Below are positions 26,883-40,828 of a DNA stretch of 64,000 nt, piece after piece. Positions within the stretch are counted from its first letter, which is position 1; every line of letters starts with the position of its first letter. The notes under the pieces were generated by a model. The model ran no database searches and had not been told where the DNA came from. It saw only the letters and a list, made by a program, of their open reading frames with translations. The stretch comes from Lytechinus pictus (taxonomy: Eukaryota), in NCBI RefSeq assembly GCF_037042905.1, contig NC_087251.1, positions 13,332,001 through 13,396,000 of the forward strand, given 5' to 3'. Both the position numbers and the translations under genes were made by a program.

Positions 26883-27613
26883 GGCTGCGTTTATCCGACC
26901 TCAAGCCAGAATCATGATTTGAATCATGACTGGAATCATGATTCAAATCACAAACATGAATCACAATTACTACAGAATCAGGGTTTAGACGACCTTCGTT
27001 CCAACGCTGTTTCTCCTCGGATTCGGACCGATCCAGTGCGCATCACAGTGCGCAGTTTGACCCAGGAAGTATAGGTCAACTTATACGCGCGTTTTCTAAA
27101 TGTAGCATCGCGAGCCCATAGCACAAGCAGAGCCCTCAGTTCCTCGTCCGTCCAATTTGATCCTTTATATGAATTGGAAGTTGAGGACATGGTGATGATG
27201 AGCAGGAGAATGATAGTACTGGATGACGATGATGATGGTGATGAATGATGATATGAATTCGAATAAAGCTAGCTCTATTATTTCGATAACGTTGGACACT
27301 TAATTGGAGGTCGGCGACGTACATGTGATGTGACAACGTGGGGCGCGCGCCTTGGCAAGAACCGGAAATAGCTCGACACAATGACGTCATATAATCATGA
27401 TTCAAATCACGATATCGTTTATTCGAACATTTTCGTACGTGATTCTGCAGAAACGTCTTTCCAAACGCCCCTTTTTTCGTGTTTCATGTTTGTGATTCTA
27501 ATCATGATTATATTCAATTTCGACTAAACGCAATCGTGATTCTGCAGAATCGTGATTTGAATCATGATTGGAATCATGATTATAGGGTAAAAAAGTGGCG
27601 GATAAACGCACCC
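26883..27613. mobile_element. PIF/Harbinger internal-deletion derivative with Myb/SANT-like remnant
   Basis: TIR ggctgcgtttatccg / cggataaacgcaccc, 3-bp TSD CTA, subterminal aatcatgatt palindromes, CpG-rich. Confidence 0.9.
26978..27190 (-). pseudogene. N-terminal fragment of a Myb/SANT-like (trihelix) DNA-binding ORF of a Harbinger element
   Basis: MSSTSNSYKGSNWTDEELRALLVLWA resembles helix 1 (W-T/S-x-x-E-x-x-x-L-L-x-x-W) of Myb/SANT-like domains. Similarity is lost after that. Confidence 0.6.
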
Positions 27614-28814
27614 CTAATCTCACATTGTCTAGGAATTAAAAGATTAGAAATGGAGACGCATGGGTAAATATGACTCTGAATTCTTATAACGATACACAAC
27701 ACCAGAGTTAAAACCAGTATGGTTTTCAGGGGATATGATCAGATCAAGCTTTCCCTTTATATCTTTCAAGTATCTATGAGATATTGAGAGTAACCATTTC
27801 AATGAAATGATTGTGAATCACCTTGATGAATCCTATACCATCTCATGAAAGCTTACATTCTGAATACAAGCACAATGATGGATGGGTATTCCGCCTTAAT
27901 TTGGTCTTAATCTCTAAAAGTCGCTGCTTCGCAGTCAACGACTTTATACAAATACAGCTGGCCCAGATCACTTTGAATGCATAATTTGCCACTATTCAAA
28001 AGCAAGAATTCATTAGCATTTTATGTTGATAATCCTCAAGCTCACAATGGTAAAAGTAAATTGGCAACACCATGGAAACATCATAAGCACTAGGGAGGGG
28101 ATTTTATGCAAATTGGCAATCAATAACTTTTAAAGACATTCCTTATCATCTTCTAGTCATTTCTTATATACAAATTTTAAAGGAAAATGCAGTCATGAAA
28201 AAAATAATAATCCTGGCAATTTGAAGAATAACATCACTCAGTATGGCTTCAAAAAAAAAGGCTTCCTTGTCCAAAATGTGATAAACAATATCCATCACAT
28301 CAACAATGAAAGCACAAATCTCGGGAGTGTTTCATGGAGAAAATAGCCTGTGATTTCAATACGTATTTGATCTGAGCCAATCAGGTGCAAGAATTTCAGT
28401 AGCTTGTAACAGTTACTCATGAAAAATCACTGACTATTTGTTTGATGAAATACTCTCTTGATGGGTAAGAGCCCTCCTAAATCAACAGTGGTTCAGCACC
28501 GTTAAACAATGACACATCTAGATTTAGAACAACACCCAGCCACACACCCCTAAAAGGGCATTACACCATTGATGATACATGGAAGAAATGTCCTTATTGC
28601 AGAAAACAGTGTGATGGGGAGCATAAGGCGGAAGAAAGGGGTCAGCATAAATGGACATTGGACTACTGTTTTATTCCAGAGCGAACCCCTTCAGGCTAAA
28701 GTGCTAAATTAATTTCTCTCGCAATAATATGCTTCTAAAAATAAACTACTTAAATCACTTCCAAGGGAATGGTGTTTTGTATTGAAATGTTGAAGTGACT
28801 GAATATCAAACTCA

Positions 28815-29053
28815 TTGGAACGAATTCTTAAAGGTGGTTTTGAAAACCCACGGTTGAGTCCATGGTTTATGCAGATTTCCTGTATAAATTACGCTTAATT
28901 TAGCGCGTATCTGGTGCATGTACAAAAATGTCCAATTCTGATGCGCGCTTTTGTCACAGTGCGCCAAATTGACGCCTGTTACCATGGTTAGATACGCTAT
29001 TATATTCATGAGTCCACTGTTTGTAGAGTGGACTCATGAATAAAAACAGTGGA
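28815..29053. mobile_element. Truncated (one-arm) copy of the MITE at 41463-41862
   Basis: Shares catggtttatgcagatttcctgtataaattacgc...ttcatgagtccactgtttg with about 41508-41660. Confidence 0.85.
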
Positions 29054-30163
29054 TCTACAGTAATCTACAGTGTAAGTGTTGAATATTTCTAATACTTTAT
29101 ATTTATCAATTTGATTTATCAATTCAATGGTGCATGTACAGTAAAATTTAAAGATTTTTGAAAAGCTAAATATTTATTCAAATAATATTTTAGCCATTGC
29201 TGAACCACGTTTCCTCAAACCACTTATGAAACATAGTGTATTTTTTGACATCAGATACCCTTGGAATGTATTTTTTTAGTGATCTGAGCTGTACAAAGGC
29301 AATTAAAGATCCCAAGTCTTCTACACTATATATGCCTTTCAGTCAATGATATATGGTGGGACATGGTTAGTAACATTGAATTGTATGAACAGTAGAGGGA
29401 AGAATAAGGGGAGTCCAATAACATGCCAATTAAATATCCTGTCTTTAAATATTAAATGACCTTTTATAATAATGATGTATACTTGGACATGTATGGTTAT
29501 TGACACATCTTTAATCTTGTAAATAGTAGCAGAGGGCAGAAAAGTTGAGTCCAATAATATGTGACCAATAGAATACTTTGATTTTAACAACAGAATGACC
29601 TTTTCATGTTCTCTCATAAAAGAGAACATGAAACACTAGTAAGACACTCAGTACATGTTACAACCCATTCAGCTAATAACCCACAGAACTACAGAAGCAA
29701 CACAGTGACTCCACCAAGTCCAAGTACATTCTATGCCCCAGCCTCCAGCAAAGCAAAGTCTATTTGACATATAATCATCACCTGTCAAAAACCAATACAC
29801 AATCATCATTAGAGAGAATGAAGATCCATATCCAAGATATTCTTCTCTAGTGTGATATGTTTAATTCATGACACTGTCAGTTTGGAGCCTCGAGGTGGCG
29901 ATACAATAGCCCTTCCATGAATACTTGTCTTTAAGATGAATGAACCCAATAGGACATCTCCCCTGCCCCCATAACAGAATGGATTTACTATTAGAGTGCC
30001 CCCGCCAACAAAACCATGGCAGGTCAAGTTCTCATCCCATGGTTCAATGTCTTCTATGATAGATAAACAAAAGTGCTATTAAAATACAAAAGGTGTCATA
30101 AGCAAGATTTTTAAAAAGAGCTGCTGTCCCAAAACAGAATGGATATGCTATTCGATAGAGTGC

Positions 30164-30571
30164 CATCAACAAAGACAAAACAGGTCAATTTGCATCCCCT
30201 GATTCAATGCATTTTTAGAAAGAAATGCAAAAATGCTGGCACAGGCATAGTATTTGAAGTGTTATAAGACAAATATATATACATGTATATATATATATAT
30301 ATAGCAAAATACAAGGTGAATAAAACAACCGTAGAGAGAAAAGTTGATCAAGTTGAAAGTTGATCTCTCTACGGTTGCTTTATTCACCTTGTATTTTGCT
30401 TTATACTACCACAACCGACGCAGGACCTTCTTTTTCATTCATATATATATATATATATATTTGTCTTACAACACTTCAAATACTATATGCCTGTGCCAGC
30501 ATTTTTGCATTTCTTTCTAAAAATGCATTGAATCAGGGGACGCAAATTGACCTGTTTTGTCTTTGTTGATG
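30164..30571. repeat. Nested inverted repeat (foldback)
   Basis: Outer arms about 30164-30280 and 30441-30571; inner arms about 30303-30338 and 30365-30400. Confidence 0.92.
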
Positions 30572-30804
30572 TAAATATATATATATTTGTAAAAAGCAAA
30601 ACAATTTTGTCCTTTATCCCCTTTTTCAAAATTCCTATTTTCTTCATTATTCACAATTATGAAGGTCAACTGTAGTCAAGGTCTATTATCCACATGCATA
30701 TCTGACGTCAATCAGTTGTAGATATGTTAAGCTTTTTTATGCATAATACAAGAAAATACAAGAATTTTTGTATATAGAGAGATTCCAAACTTTTCATACT
30801 ACTA

Positions 30805-31161
30805 GGCCAGTATTCAATTGAAAGTATTGAATTTATATTTCACTTATCATTTTACTTGGCTTAGCAAAATGCTTAAATTCATATTTAGATCACATATTTT
30901 ACTTTATCACGCCAAATTTGATAAAAACACTTACTAATAATAAATGCGGCGATGTCAAGAGGCCTGAGCCAAATAATGCACAATTTATGTATCCACCTAT
31001 GCGCAGTATGTACGACTGCACGTATGCACAGTTGGAAACTGCATGCAAGCTAGACTTAAGCCAAGTTGGTGGCTGACTTGAATACCAAAGATGGTAAAGC
31101 ATTTTACTTCAGCAAAATACTAATGTTCTGGCTTAAGTATGGAATTGCGCGAATACTGGCC
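30805..31161. mobile_element. MITE with GGCCAGTATTC TIR
   Basis: ta|ggccagtattc ... gaatactggcc|ta. Confidence 0.8.
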
Positions 31162-33275
31162 TAGGTGTTTGTGATTTTTGCAACAAAAAAATGAAATTTT
31201 CTTTAGTTTAAAATGTCAATCCATATGGAGCTCCTCTATCTGATAATACAATTGTTTACAGGTGGATATGTTCTTGTTTTTAATTACAAAATTAATAGAT
31301 ATTAATTAATGCATGACTAATAAATACTCTATATAAGATGCCAAGATGCTGACTGACAGCATTGTCAATGACATATCTTTATGAAAGAACATTATTTTTA
31401 ATCCAAAAGAGAAAATGTGTTTGTAACTTGCAAAGTTGAAAGTTGAAAAAAAAGATACATTTATAGCCGATAGCTGTATAATCTACACAACAAAGTGATA
31501 TAAAACATAATTGTCTTCCAAAAATGTAAATTCTTTCTTCATTATTAATATTTCTGATCATATCTACCCAAACATAAAGTCAGTAAGTGAATCATTTGCA
31601 ATATTGATAATCATTATACAGTACATAAAACGTTAATTAATGATCTTACACAGTGCATAAGCTTTGGATGATCATAACAACTGCCATAGCAAATAATCAA
31701 ATATAATTATGCTTACATTGGCAATGTGCACTACATACTGTAATACACATAGATGTAGATGACATAGACTTGCAATTTCACCTGCATTTTTAGGGTTAAC
31801 CAGGAAAATTCATTACCTGTACAAAAATAGACAGAAGGTACATAATCCTTATTTCCCTTTCATGAGTGGATGGTAGCATCCGTTGCTAATGGATACTGCA
31901 TAGAAACACTATTAATGCTAGAAGGCCATAAACCAATAATAGGTTGATTAATAGTCAATTTTCCTATGAAATATCATGTCTTTGTTCACCATAGCACTTT
32001 GTAGAGTGGTCACTTCTTAGAGATAGACTGCCGAAGATGATCAAGTATGGCAACTATCCTTCTCACAAACATTGACTTGTGTCAAATATCAAGAAAGCAC
32101 TTTAATGAAATAATCATTTTATTTAATTGAAACATTCAAGAAAATCAATATTTTACATCAAGGTTTAATTATAATCCTTTCAATATCTTGCCTGATCCCA
32201 ATTTTTTCGAATTTTCATCTTGAAGACTTGAACTGAAATGCTAAGAAATGGCATAACAGTGGTAAGAAAGTGTGGATTAATACAAGTCATAGGTACTATG
32301 CCAGGAATCACTTATCAAATTTTAAGGTTATGAATCTTAAAACACTCAATGCATAAGTGATTACATCTCAATTGCCCCTCTGGTTCAAAATGTTCACTCA
32401 ATTCTCCTACAGTGAGTAGTACTTCCAGTTAGATTAAAATCTTCATATGATACAAAATGTTGTTTAGAGAGGGAGTTTCTGTGGTTGTTATATAAAACAA
32501 AAACATTAAATCTTGTATAAATTGAAACATTTTTAGTTAAGAATCACCAACAAAACATTATTTTACCAATATGGGGTAATTTGGGTAATATTTTTCAACC
32601 TCTTTCATGTAGAAATGCCTTTGACCAGTCTCTCGACAGTGAATAATTACGTTGCTGTGAATTCAGACTTCCTACATCCCAGAATACTTGTGGCCCCACT
32701 GATTAAGACCTCAGAATAATTCAACTATCACTCAATGCATTTGACATTTGAAAAATATGAGGTTCATCTCCACTTGATGCATTCGACTAATAAATGACAC
32801 TCAACTGCACTTCCTTGCATGTCAACAATTTCTTTTTTCACTGATTAAAGTGCTGCAGAGATTTGAATGAAGCAGTATTATAACAGCAGTCCGCATTAAA
32901 TAATTTTATTATTCGAACCATCTGATGTAAGAGAGTTTGTAATACATAATAGTACCAATAATTTTCTATCTCTGATTTAATAAAAATCACCAAAACTCAC
33001 CACTCCTCCTCTCTCTTTATCTATTCAATTTTTTTAGAAACAATAAAAAAAAAAATTAGCCTACAATCATAAATATCACAGATGCACAGGATTTTGTACA
33101 ATATACCCCACCACCTTGGAAAATCAGTGAATGGGTTTAAAATCTCTCTATTCCTTATTCTCTACCCCTCTTTACTTGTCTCTCTCTCTCTTTCTATAGG
33201 TGTCCCTCTTGCTGTGTCTTTCTCTGTCGGTGTATGTTTCTCTCCCTTTCACCCCCCCCCCCTCTCTCTCTCTAA

Positions 33276-33680
33276 AGCCCAGCTCACACTATGTGATTCA
33301 TTGCAATCCGATTTTCAAAGCAATCATAATACATTTGACATGAACACTCCAACCAATAAAATCTCAGCCATCCGAGGTCAGAATAGTTGTAAGACTACTG
33401 AAATCAAAATTAAATGTAGTTCAAGCCTCAATGTAGGAATATTTATAAGCAAATTCAATTCCAAATCGTAATGACGTCATCACTGGCTGCGACTTGAAGC
33501 CGATTTGGACTTTACTCCAACAACAGAGCTTGCAAAGCAAGATTATGATTTTGTTATTCCTAACATTATGCTGAACTTCAAATAAAGTAATTTTCATTTT
33601 TTGGAACTTTCACATTTAATGCAAAATGTGATTTATTAAAAAATAATGTTGTATAGGATCAGCACAGTGTAAGACGGGCT
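33276..33680. mobile_element. Harbinger-like MITE related to the element at 59803-60217
   Basis: TIR agcccagctcacactatg / cacagtgtaagacgggct. The internal aatgacgtcat...tttactccaa...gcttgcaa is shared with about 59995-60071. Confidence 0.7.
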
Positions 33681-33689
33681 TTAGGTGAC

Positions 33690-33900
33690 ATGACATTATG
33701 TTCCTGCAACATTTGCTCGATCTCAGAGGGCATAGGGTTAGAGTTAGGGTCGTAATAGAGTTTTTTGTTCTGAATAATGTAAAGATATGGATAAGGGTTT
33801 ATTTAGTTTTGGAGATAAGTTTATCTGTGTTTGGCTTAACATGTAGATTTTCCATCAGAGCAATTGTCGCCAGAGCAATTGTTGCCAGAGCAAATGTCAT
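33690..33900. mobile_element. Short element with ggttag-like internal repeats and (cagagcaattgt)n end
   Basis: acatttgctc ... gagcaaatgt inverted motifs, internal agggttagagttaggg. Confidence 0.55.
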
Positions 33901-36900
33901 AGAATCCTCTCTATCAGTTTTCTCTCTTTTTCTCTCAGCCTCTGTCTAATTCCTGTTTCACCATACCCCCCCCCCCCCCCTCTCATTAACATCTAATACA
34001 CAGTGTCAGCCATATTTGATTACAACCTCTCCTACAGAATTAGCCCATTTCAAAGCCCAGAGAAGTACTTGATTCCTTACATACAATGTAGTACCCTTCC
34101 TCTAGGCCATGCGCATATTAAAGCAATTCTCCCTTATCCAGACAAGGGGGAAGGCCTGAATAGATTCAAGTCCACCCAAGAAGGCAGACGGACAGATATA
34201 TTGAGAAAACATTACCATGGGAAGACAAGGGTGGATGCTGGATAGAGATCTTATGAATATTAATGTCACATGAGCATGGTTGAGCTTTATACTCTTCTCT
34301 TCATTCTCCAATATCCTTCTCAATTCCTTTCTCTTTCCCTCCCTCAACCGTCCCTTTCCCACAAGTTTCCTTCTTCTATCCCTCTAGCCCTCTCTTTGTG
34401 TTCGTTCAAAGCTGTTGTTAATAGAAGCAGAATAAACAAACAAGAGATATGAGCACAGATTTAAGGAAAATCTGTAACACAATTGATGGAATTACAGATT
34501 AAAATTTTTTTTGTGTGTGATTTCAAATGTGACTGTGAGCAGCTGCATCATATGTCACATGATATGAATCCTCTCGGAAAATGGTGCATTCAATATATCA
34601 TCAGAAGTATCATATCATAGCTGCTGCTTAAAATAAACATGATATTAGTCATCATGCATTACTACAAGATATGGAAACATGGAATTACATTACATGACAC
34701 AAAGGGCAGCTTCTCGCATATGTCATCATTAATTCAGCAGTTTAGAAATTGATTAATTAAATTAGAATTAATTAAATGCTTTTATTCTTGTGATAGATTT
34801 TCGTCAAATCTTTACTGATATTTTTTCTCATTTCTCTGCTTTTATTTACGCCAAATTTTTGTCCGGATGAAATTCCACTTTAAGGCATGTCTACTTTGCA
34901 CATGACTCATTTCTCATCTTTCTCTCTCTCTTCTCTGCCCCCAGTCTACCACCACCTCTATTTCTCCCTCTCTTTCCATTTCATTCCCCCTACAATATTT
35001 CTCTCTCTCTCTCTTTTAAGTCTGAGCAAGTCTTGCTTTTGCATGTGACTCACACTAGTGAAGTGGTTTGCGCATCGTGAAATCAGACTCCAGGTTATGT
35101 AAATTCCAATTTAGTGTTCTTGCTACCTTTTCAACTGGTTGTTGTAAGCGACTTGCATGACAATTAATTCTGTGCCCCCATCCCTCCTCCTCCTTTCCCC
35201 GGTACCCTCTCCATTGTATCCTTTGAAAAAGTATGCAATCATGTTATAATGCAATACTAGTATAAAGAGGGGTTACATTCCCCCTTTTTACTTTAAAAAC
35301 TGTAGTGTTATAACAAAATATTATGTATATGATTTTGTATAGTTTCCCATTTTTTTTGGTATCCTTTTCAAGCAGAATATAACTTTCAATTTTTTTCAAA
35401 CAATATGATACTACATTGCTAGTTGATTTAGTTTTAAATTCAAATTCATTTATTTCACATCTCTTAAAAACAGGGTACAATATATAGTGAGTTAATCTAA
35501 TAGAGTAAACACAACAATGACAGTTGTACAATTTAGACAAAATTAACAACTGAAGACAAAACATTAAGTATATGAATGGGATGTGAGGGAGTAACAAAAA
35601 GCCATTGGCCTATCTAGGCTACTCCCTTTTTACATTCATAACTGATAATAAAAACAAAACAGGATCTTCCAATCAACTTTTGAGATTGAAAAACAAAGAT
35701 CTCAAGATCAATCTAGTATAAGACAATGACTTTGTAGGATGTCTACCTCTTTTGATCATTCTTTGTCTAAATGTCATTGAAAATTGTTGTTTTGTCATTC
35801 CAACATTATATTATTTTCAACAAACTCTGAAGGAAAATAGCTACTGTGAAATTATGTGACATATTTGACGATATGCACATGCATGACTGGTATATCTTGT
35901 AAATTTGCTGAAAATTCTCTTTTGCATCACTACTCTTCAAGATCCTAGCTTGAGTATAGCTTCTCTTTTTCATTTTACGTTACCAGTAGTTATAAATGGT
36001 TATTTGTACTATATGTTTTACTGTGTTGTAAATATTTACTTGCTGAGCAAAAAAAGTGATTATATGTACAATTATTTATATATTCATCTTTTTGTTATCC
36101 CCTTCAAAATATACCCTACAACTGCATATAGAATTAATATCAAAAATCAATCTTAAATCTCCAAAAATTAATCTGAAAATTTTATTGTGACTAACTTGGG
36201 ATAAATTTTGAAATATCATTTAGTGAATATATGAAAGCAAAAAGTCCAGAACAAGCCAACAGTACCAGTAATGCACAGTAAAATAAGATTAGATTTATGG
36301 TAAAGTACAGCACCCTAAGGGATCATTCATGCATATGATTTCATTTGAAGGACTTCGCTTGAGAGAGAAAATGAAAAAATTATATTGAATCATTCTATTC
36401 AGACAAATCTTTTTATACTGAATCTTTCTTTTTGGAAAAATCTCTTTCAACTTTTACCACCTCAGACAATATGACCCAGCAAGCCAAGTGATCAAGCAGA
36501 AGATTGTGTTGTATGAAACCTGGACAACGTCACACCTTTTATACAGATATTTGCACTTCAATAACACAGCCCACCTTCTACAGCAAAGCAATTCACCTAC
36601 CTTACAAGAAGGTGTAATCAGGGTAAATTTGTGGCAAAATGAGCTCATAATGCTCTCCAAGATGTGATCCCTTCCATCTCTGATGGCAAAACAGCAATAT
36701 AAAACAGATTTCCCTTACATGTTCAGTATGATGATAATGTTAGAGGGAAAAAGAGACTCAAATGAGTAGACATATTCAGAAGGTGGCGGGAGGAAAGGGC
36801 AATATATTTCTGAAATGGGTTACCCAGGCTTTATGTATTCCCATTTATTACATGATTATTCTTGTTCTATATTGCTTTTATGAAAATGCAGCATGCAGAA

Positions 36901-37305
36901 TGTGAATTCTACAACGCTCAGTGCCGATGTTCAAGTTGCCGCTACCTCCGATACCATATGGACATGTGTGTATACAGTGCTATGGCCCAACTAAAATACC
37001 AATGAGCAATTATGCAAATGAGGGCCATTCAACAGAGCCTCATTATCGTTACGCACATGGGAGCTAAAGATCGTTATGCCCGCTCTCAACAATGGATTAT
37101 GATTGATTCTTTCCGGCATGCTTTTTAACATTTTCTGTATATGTGTGCTACTAATCAATTCTAATAAAGCTTTTAATCAAAGGGCAGATGGGTTTAATAT
37201 AATAAGCTCATAGTGGAATTCTGACGCATTATTTTTGTATATAGGTTAAAGGTGAACCATTCACAAAAGCATACCAATCCAAGTTTAACTAACACAAACA
37301 TCATA

Positions 37306-37573
37306 ATCATAGGTAAAATACTTTGTTTCAATTTTTTTGCTCCATATCACAATCAACATATTGTATTCAGCTAATCATTTTTTTAAATAGTATATAAATA
37401 CATAAGATAAATAAGGCTGGGGTTTTTTTTGTGCATGGGGAAAGAAAATCATCAGAAAATTGCTTAATTATCCATCCATTTTGATAATGACAAAAATAAT
37501 CATAGGTAAAACACTTTGTTTCAATTTTCTTGCTCCATATCACAATCAACATATTGTATTTTGCTAATCATTT
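37306..37573. repeat. Local direct duplication (~75 bp, 192-bp offset)
   Basis: aatcataggtaaaa.actttgtttcaatttt.ttgctccatatcacaatcaacatattgtatt..gctaatcattt at 37306 and 37498. Confidence 0.9.
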
Positions 37574-38329
37574 CAGATACAATATAAATGCTTAAGATGA
37601 AGCTTCTATTTAATAACTTTCTGAAATCAAATCATTCTAGGTAGTTTGTTGAGATTAATAAATGTGAATCTTACAACAAGAAGGAATTTACATTGCACAA
37701 TTGCATGTTTTTATGGCCAAACATATAATAATAATGATGATTTAAAAAAATAATAAAAATGAAAAAATAAAGATAAAAATCAAATAATAGTTAATAACAA
37801 TAAAGATAAGTTTGGCATTTGATTAAATAAAGACCTAATAAGTAATAATAATCAATTTTCATACAATGCACATCTCATTCTGTGCAGTGCAGTCTCTCTA
37901 TCTATGAAAATATACCAATGGTACTGCCTATAAACTATCATATCAGCTGGAAATTTATGTGATTGAACTTTCAGGTAGGGTATCAAATCTCACAGGGGAT
38001 GAACAAACTGCTTCATTGGACATGACCCCATTTAGGATTGTTTACTTACATATCAGCTGAGAAAGAAAATGACTTTGGTTGAACTAGGGGCATTTCAGAA
38101 AGATTGACTAAGGTTGCACTCACTTTTCATATACAGTTGGTTGCTTTTCCCTATGGGTATCTTTAACGACTTGTAAATTATGGTTATAAATCTACGGAAC
38201 TGTGATTTCTTTCATCTTCAATAATAAGATAGATATAAAAACAATAATAATATGCTTATTCCATTTTTTATTTTGCATGGTATTATTATTATTATTACAT
38301 TATGCCTTTATATGCATTTATCCTGGTTA

Positions 38330-38600
38330 TGTCTCTAAGTGCTTCACATATCATTACCCTTTCAAATCATTATGGGTTGCCCTCACAAGTTTGTAACCCC
38401 CCCCCCCACTCCCTGGGGAATATAAGAACACAAACTACTAAGCTCAAGCAGCTAAAATGCCTATGCTGATTAATATCAGGTACACATTTAGCACCTGGGT
38501 GGAGGAAGAATGGCAAGGAGAAAATCAGCATCATGCAAAAGGATGTTGAAAGCTTGGTGGGATTTGAACACAAGACCCTTTATGCACGAGTCAAACCACT
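38330..38600 (-). mobile_element. Degenerate tRNA-derived SINE
   Basis: The reverse complement contains gggtcttgtgttcaaatccc and ccacccaggtgctaaatgtgtacc, as in the other SINE copies. Confidence 0.6.
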
Positions 38601-39599
38601 AATCAATGACACTTTTCAGGGTTCTTAGATTTGTGATTGAAATTCAACATCCAATGAGAGATAAATGGTTAAAACAAAGAGAGGTATGAAAGGCATACCA
38701 CATAGAGTAAAATGGAAAATAGATCCAGTTCACATGACAAGGGAAAGTTCGATCTAGATCATGCTGCCTTAAAGGTGAGAGAATGCACCACCATTAGTTG
38801 ACAATGATCCCACACTGATTAACTTTGGAGGACTATCCAGGAAAGATATCACAATCTACACCATGTTACCATGCCTCATCTTTGATAATGAAATCACATT
38901 GAATTGCAGGCTACCATTACATGTGAAATATGCAGCGGGCCCGAAGACTTTCAAGGTGTGTGCCAATGATCATCCTGTGATACCATCACTTTCTGTCTAT
39001 TCTTGTAATGGGAACAGGGTCTGTGTCTTTGTAAAAAAATTCCCACTTCTCTGAATCTGTTCTTTCCCTGCTGCCCTATTAACGAATCACCTTTTATCTT
39101 GACCCAGCAAGAGAGCAAATGGACATTATCCCATTGACACTTTTAAGTGAATGACAATATACTTCAAGGTGTGATGGGTTTTTGCAGGCACCATGATGGT
39201 TTGGATATATTTTCTGCTTGCTTCTAACAATAAGGGCATTCATAAAACTATATATAGTTTACAGCCTGCCACAAGGAGATGTCATAGAAGGCAATAATTC
39301 TCATCTATAACTGTTATATCATTACAGATCTGCACAAACTGAGTTTTACAGATGGTTTAAGTACAGAGTTATCTGGCTACAAATTAATAACGGGGATTGC
39401 AAAAATAAAAGTATTATTAATAAATGAATAGATTGCTAATTATAACATTTCTATTAAAACAACATAAACAAAACAAAACAAAATAAAGATGTGCACTACT
39501 TTATAAACCGACTAACAACTGTTATACAGACTACATATATTACTCTTACAGAGTGAGGAAATCTTAACATTCAAAAGGTGGGATATTAAAGTATGGACA

Positions 39600-39760
39600 G
39601 GGCCCTGTTGGATAAAAGTTTAAACATTATGTTAACTTTGCCATTTAATGTAACTTGTATGGAAACCTTGATTTTGATTGGCTGTTGATCATCATTACCA
39701 TATTAGTTATCAATTGGATGGCAAAGTTACCATAATAGTAACGTTTATGCAACAAGGCCC
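39600..39760. mobile_element. Short MITE; related partial copy at about 53636-53765
   Basis: gggccctgttggataaaagtt ... aacgtttatgcaacaaggccc, with shared internal attggatggcaaag. Confidence 0.7.
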
Positions 39761-40168
39761 TGGACATCAAAAACTGTGAATAATGAATATGCATAATTAA
39801 CTGAAAACTAAGTACACAACAATATTGCTAAAACAGATAAGCATACAAGTGTGACATAAATTGGTTGAAGAAGAAAAAAATTTTGCTTTCAGAGTGTCAA
39901 GATCATTTTGCCATAACAACTAAACTAATTATTTGACAAATATTGTTTCTTTATACATAGAAACACTTTATGGAATATTTTCTTGGATTCTGTTATATAT
40001 TTTGTTTTCATGTTACCATAATTAAAATTGCTATTCAAGTAATCCCTGTTGTGATAATAGATGTAACTAATAGCCTTTTACAGAGGGGAAACCTTTTCCT
40101 TTAAAAACAGACATTAGACATGGTTTTCTGGGCAATGATGCCTACATCCTAAACTGATTATTTCTGGT

Positions 40169-40828
40169 CAAATCGTCTGCGGTCTTCCGGACGACGGTGC
40201 AAACCCATTTCAGAGAAAATTGACTTCAAAGTTTACTATAATATTCACACTTAGTTCCCCAGCCTTACAACATATTCATTGCTAGAAAAATACATGGTTG
40301 GAAAGACCAAGACAATTGCTTGACAATGGTATCCTTATTTTTACACAAAAGCAAGGATCAGAGCAAATATCGCAAAAGAGCTACATGCTTGTAATTTCGA
40401 TTTGAGCGGTTTAGATTTCCCCCGTACAAAAACGCCATAGGGAATACAACAACCCTGACCACGGTTTCAATGCGCGCGGTCAGTCAAAACGTTGTATCGC
40501 TTTTCACGTGCAAAGCCAATGCAGTGCAGATGGCTGATTCGACAGTTTGGCTGACCGCGTGCATTCAAATTGCGGTCAGTCAAAACGTTGTATCACTCTG
40601 TTACAGTACAAAATTCCAATGGGATTTGCGCATTTTATCGAAAAAATGTATGGCATCGCTGTGAAAATCCTCTCATATCTCAGAAAATAAAATAAATTGC
40701 TGCCTAGAAATTTAGTTAGGAATAGAGTAGGACTTGTACGTTAATTTTCTGCAAAAATCTCAAAATCCTTTTTTTTTTATATACCAAAATTGACAGATAC
40801 GATGGTTCAGGTGACCGCTGACGAAATG
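40169..40828. mobile_element. Non-autonomous TIR element (CAWWTCGTC termini), unclassified
   Basis: caaatcgtctgcggtc ... gaccgctgacgaaatg, with an internal repeated gcggtcagtcaaaacgttgtatc. Confidence 0.7.
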
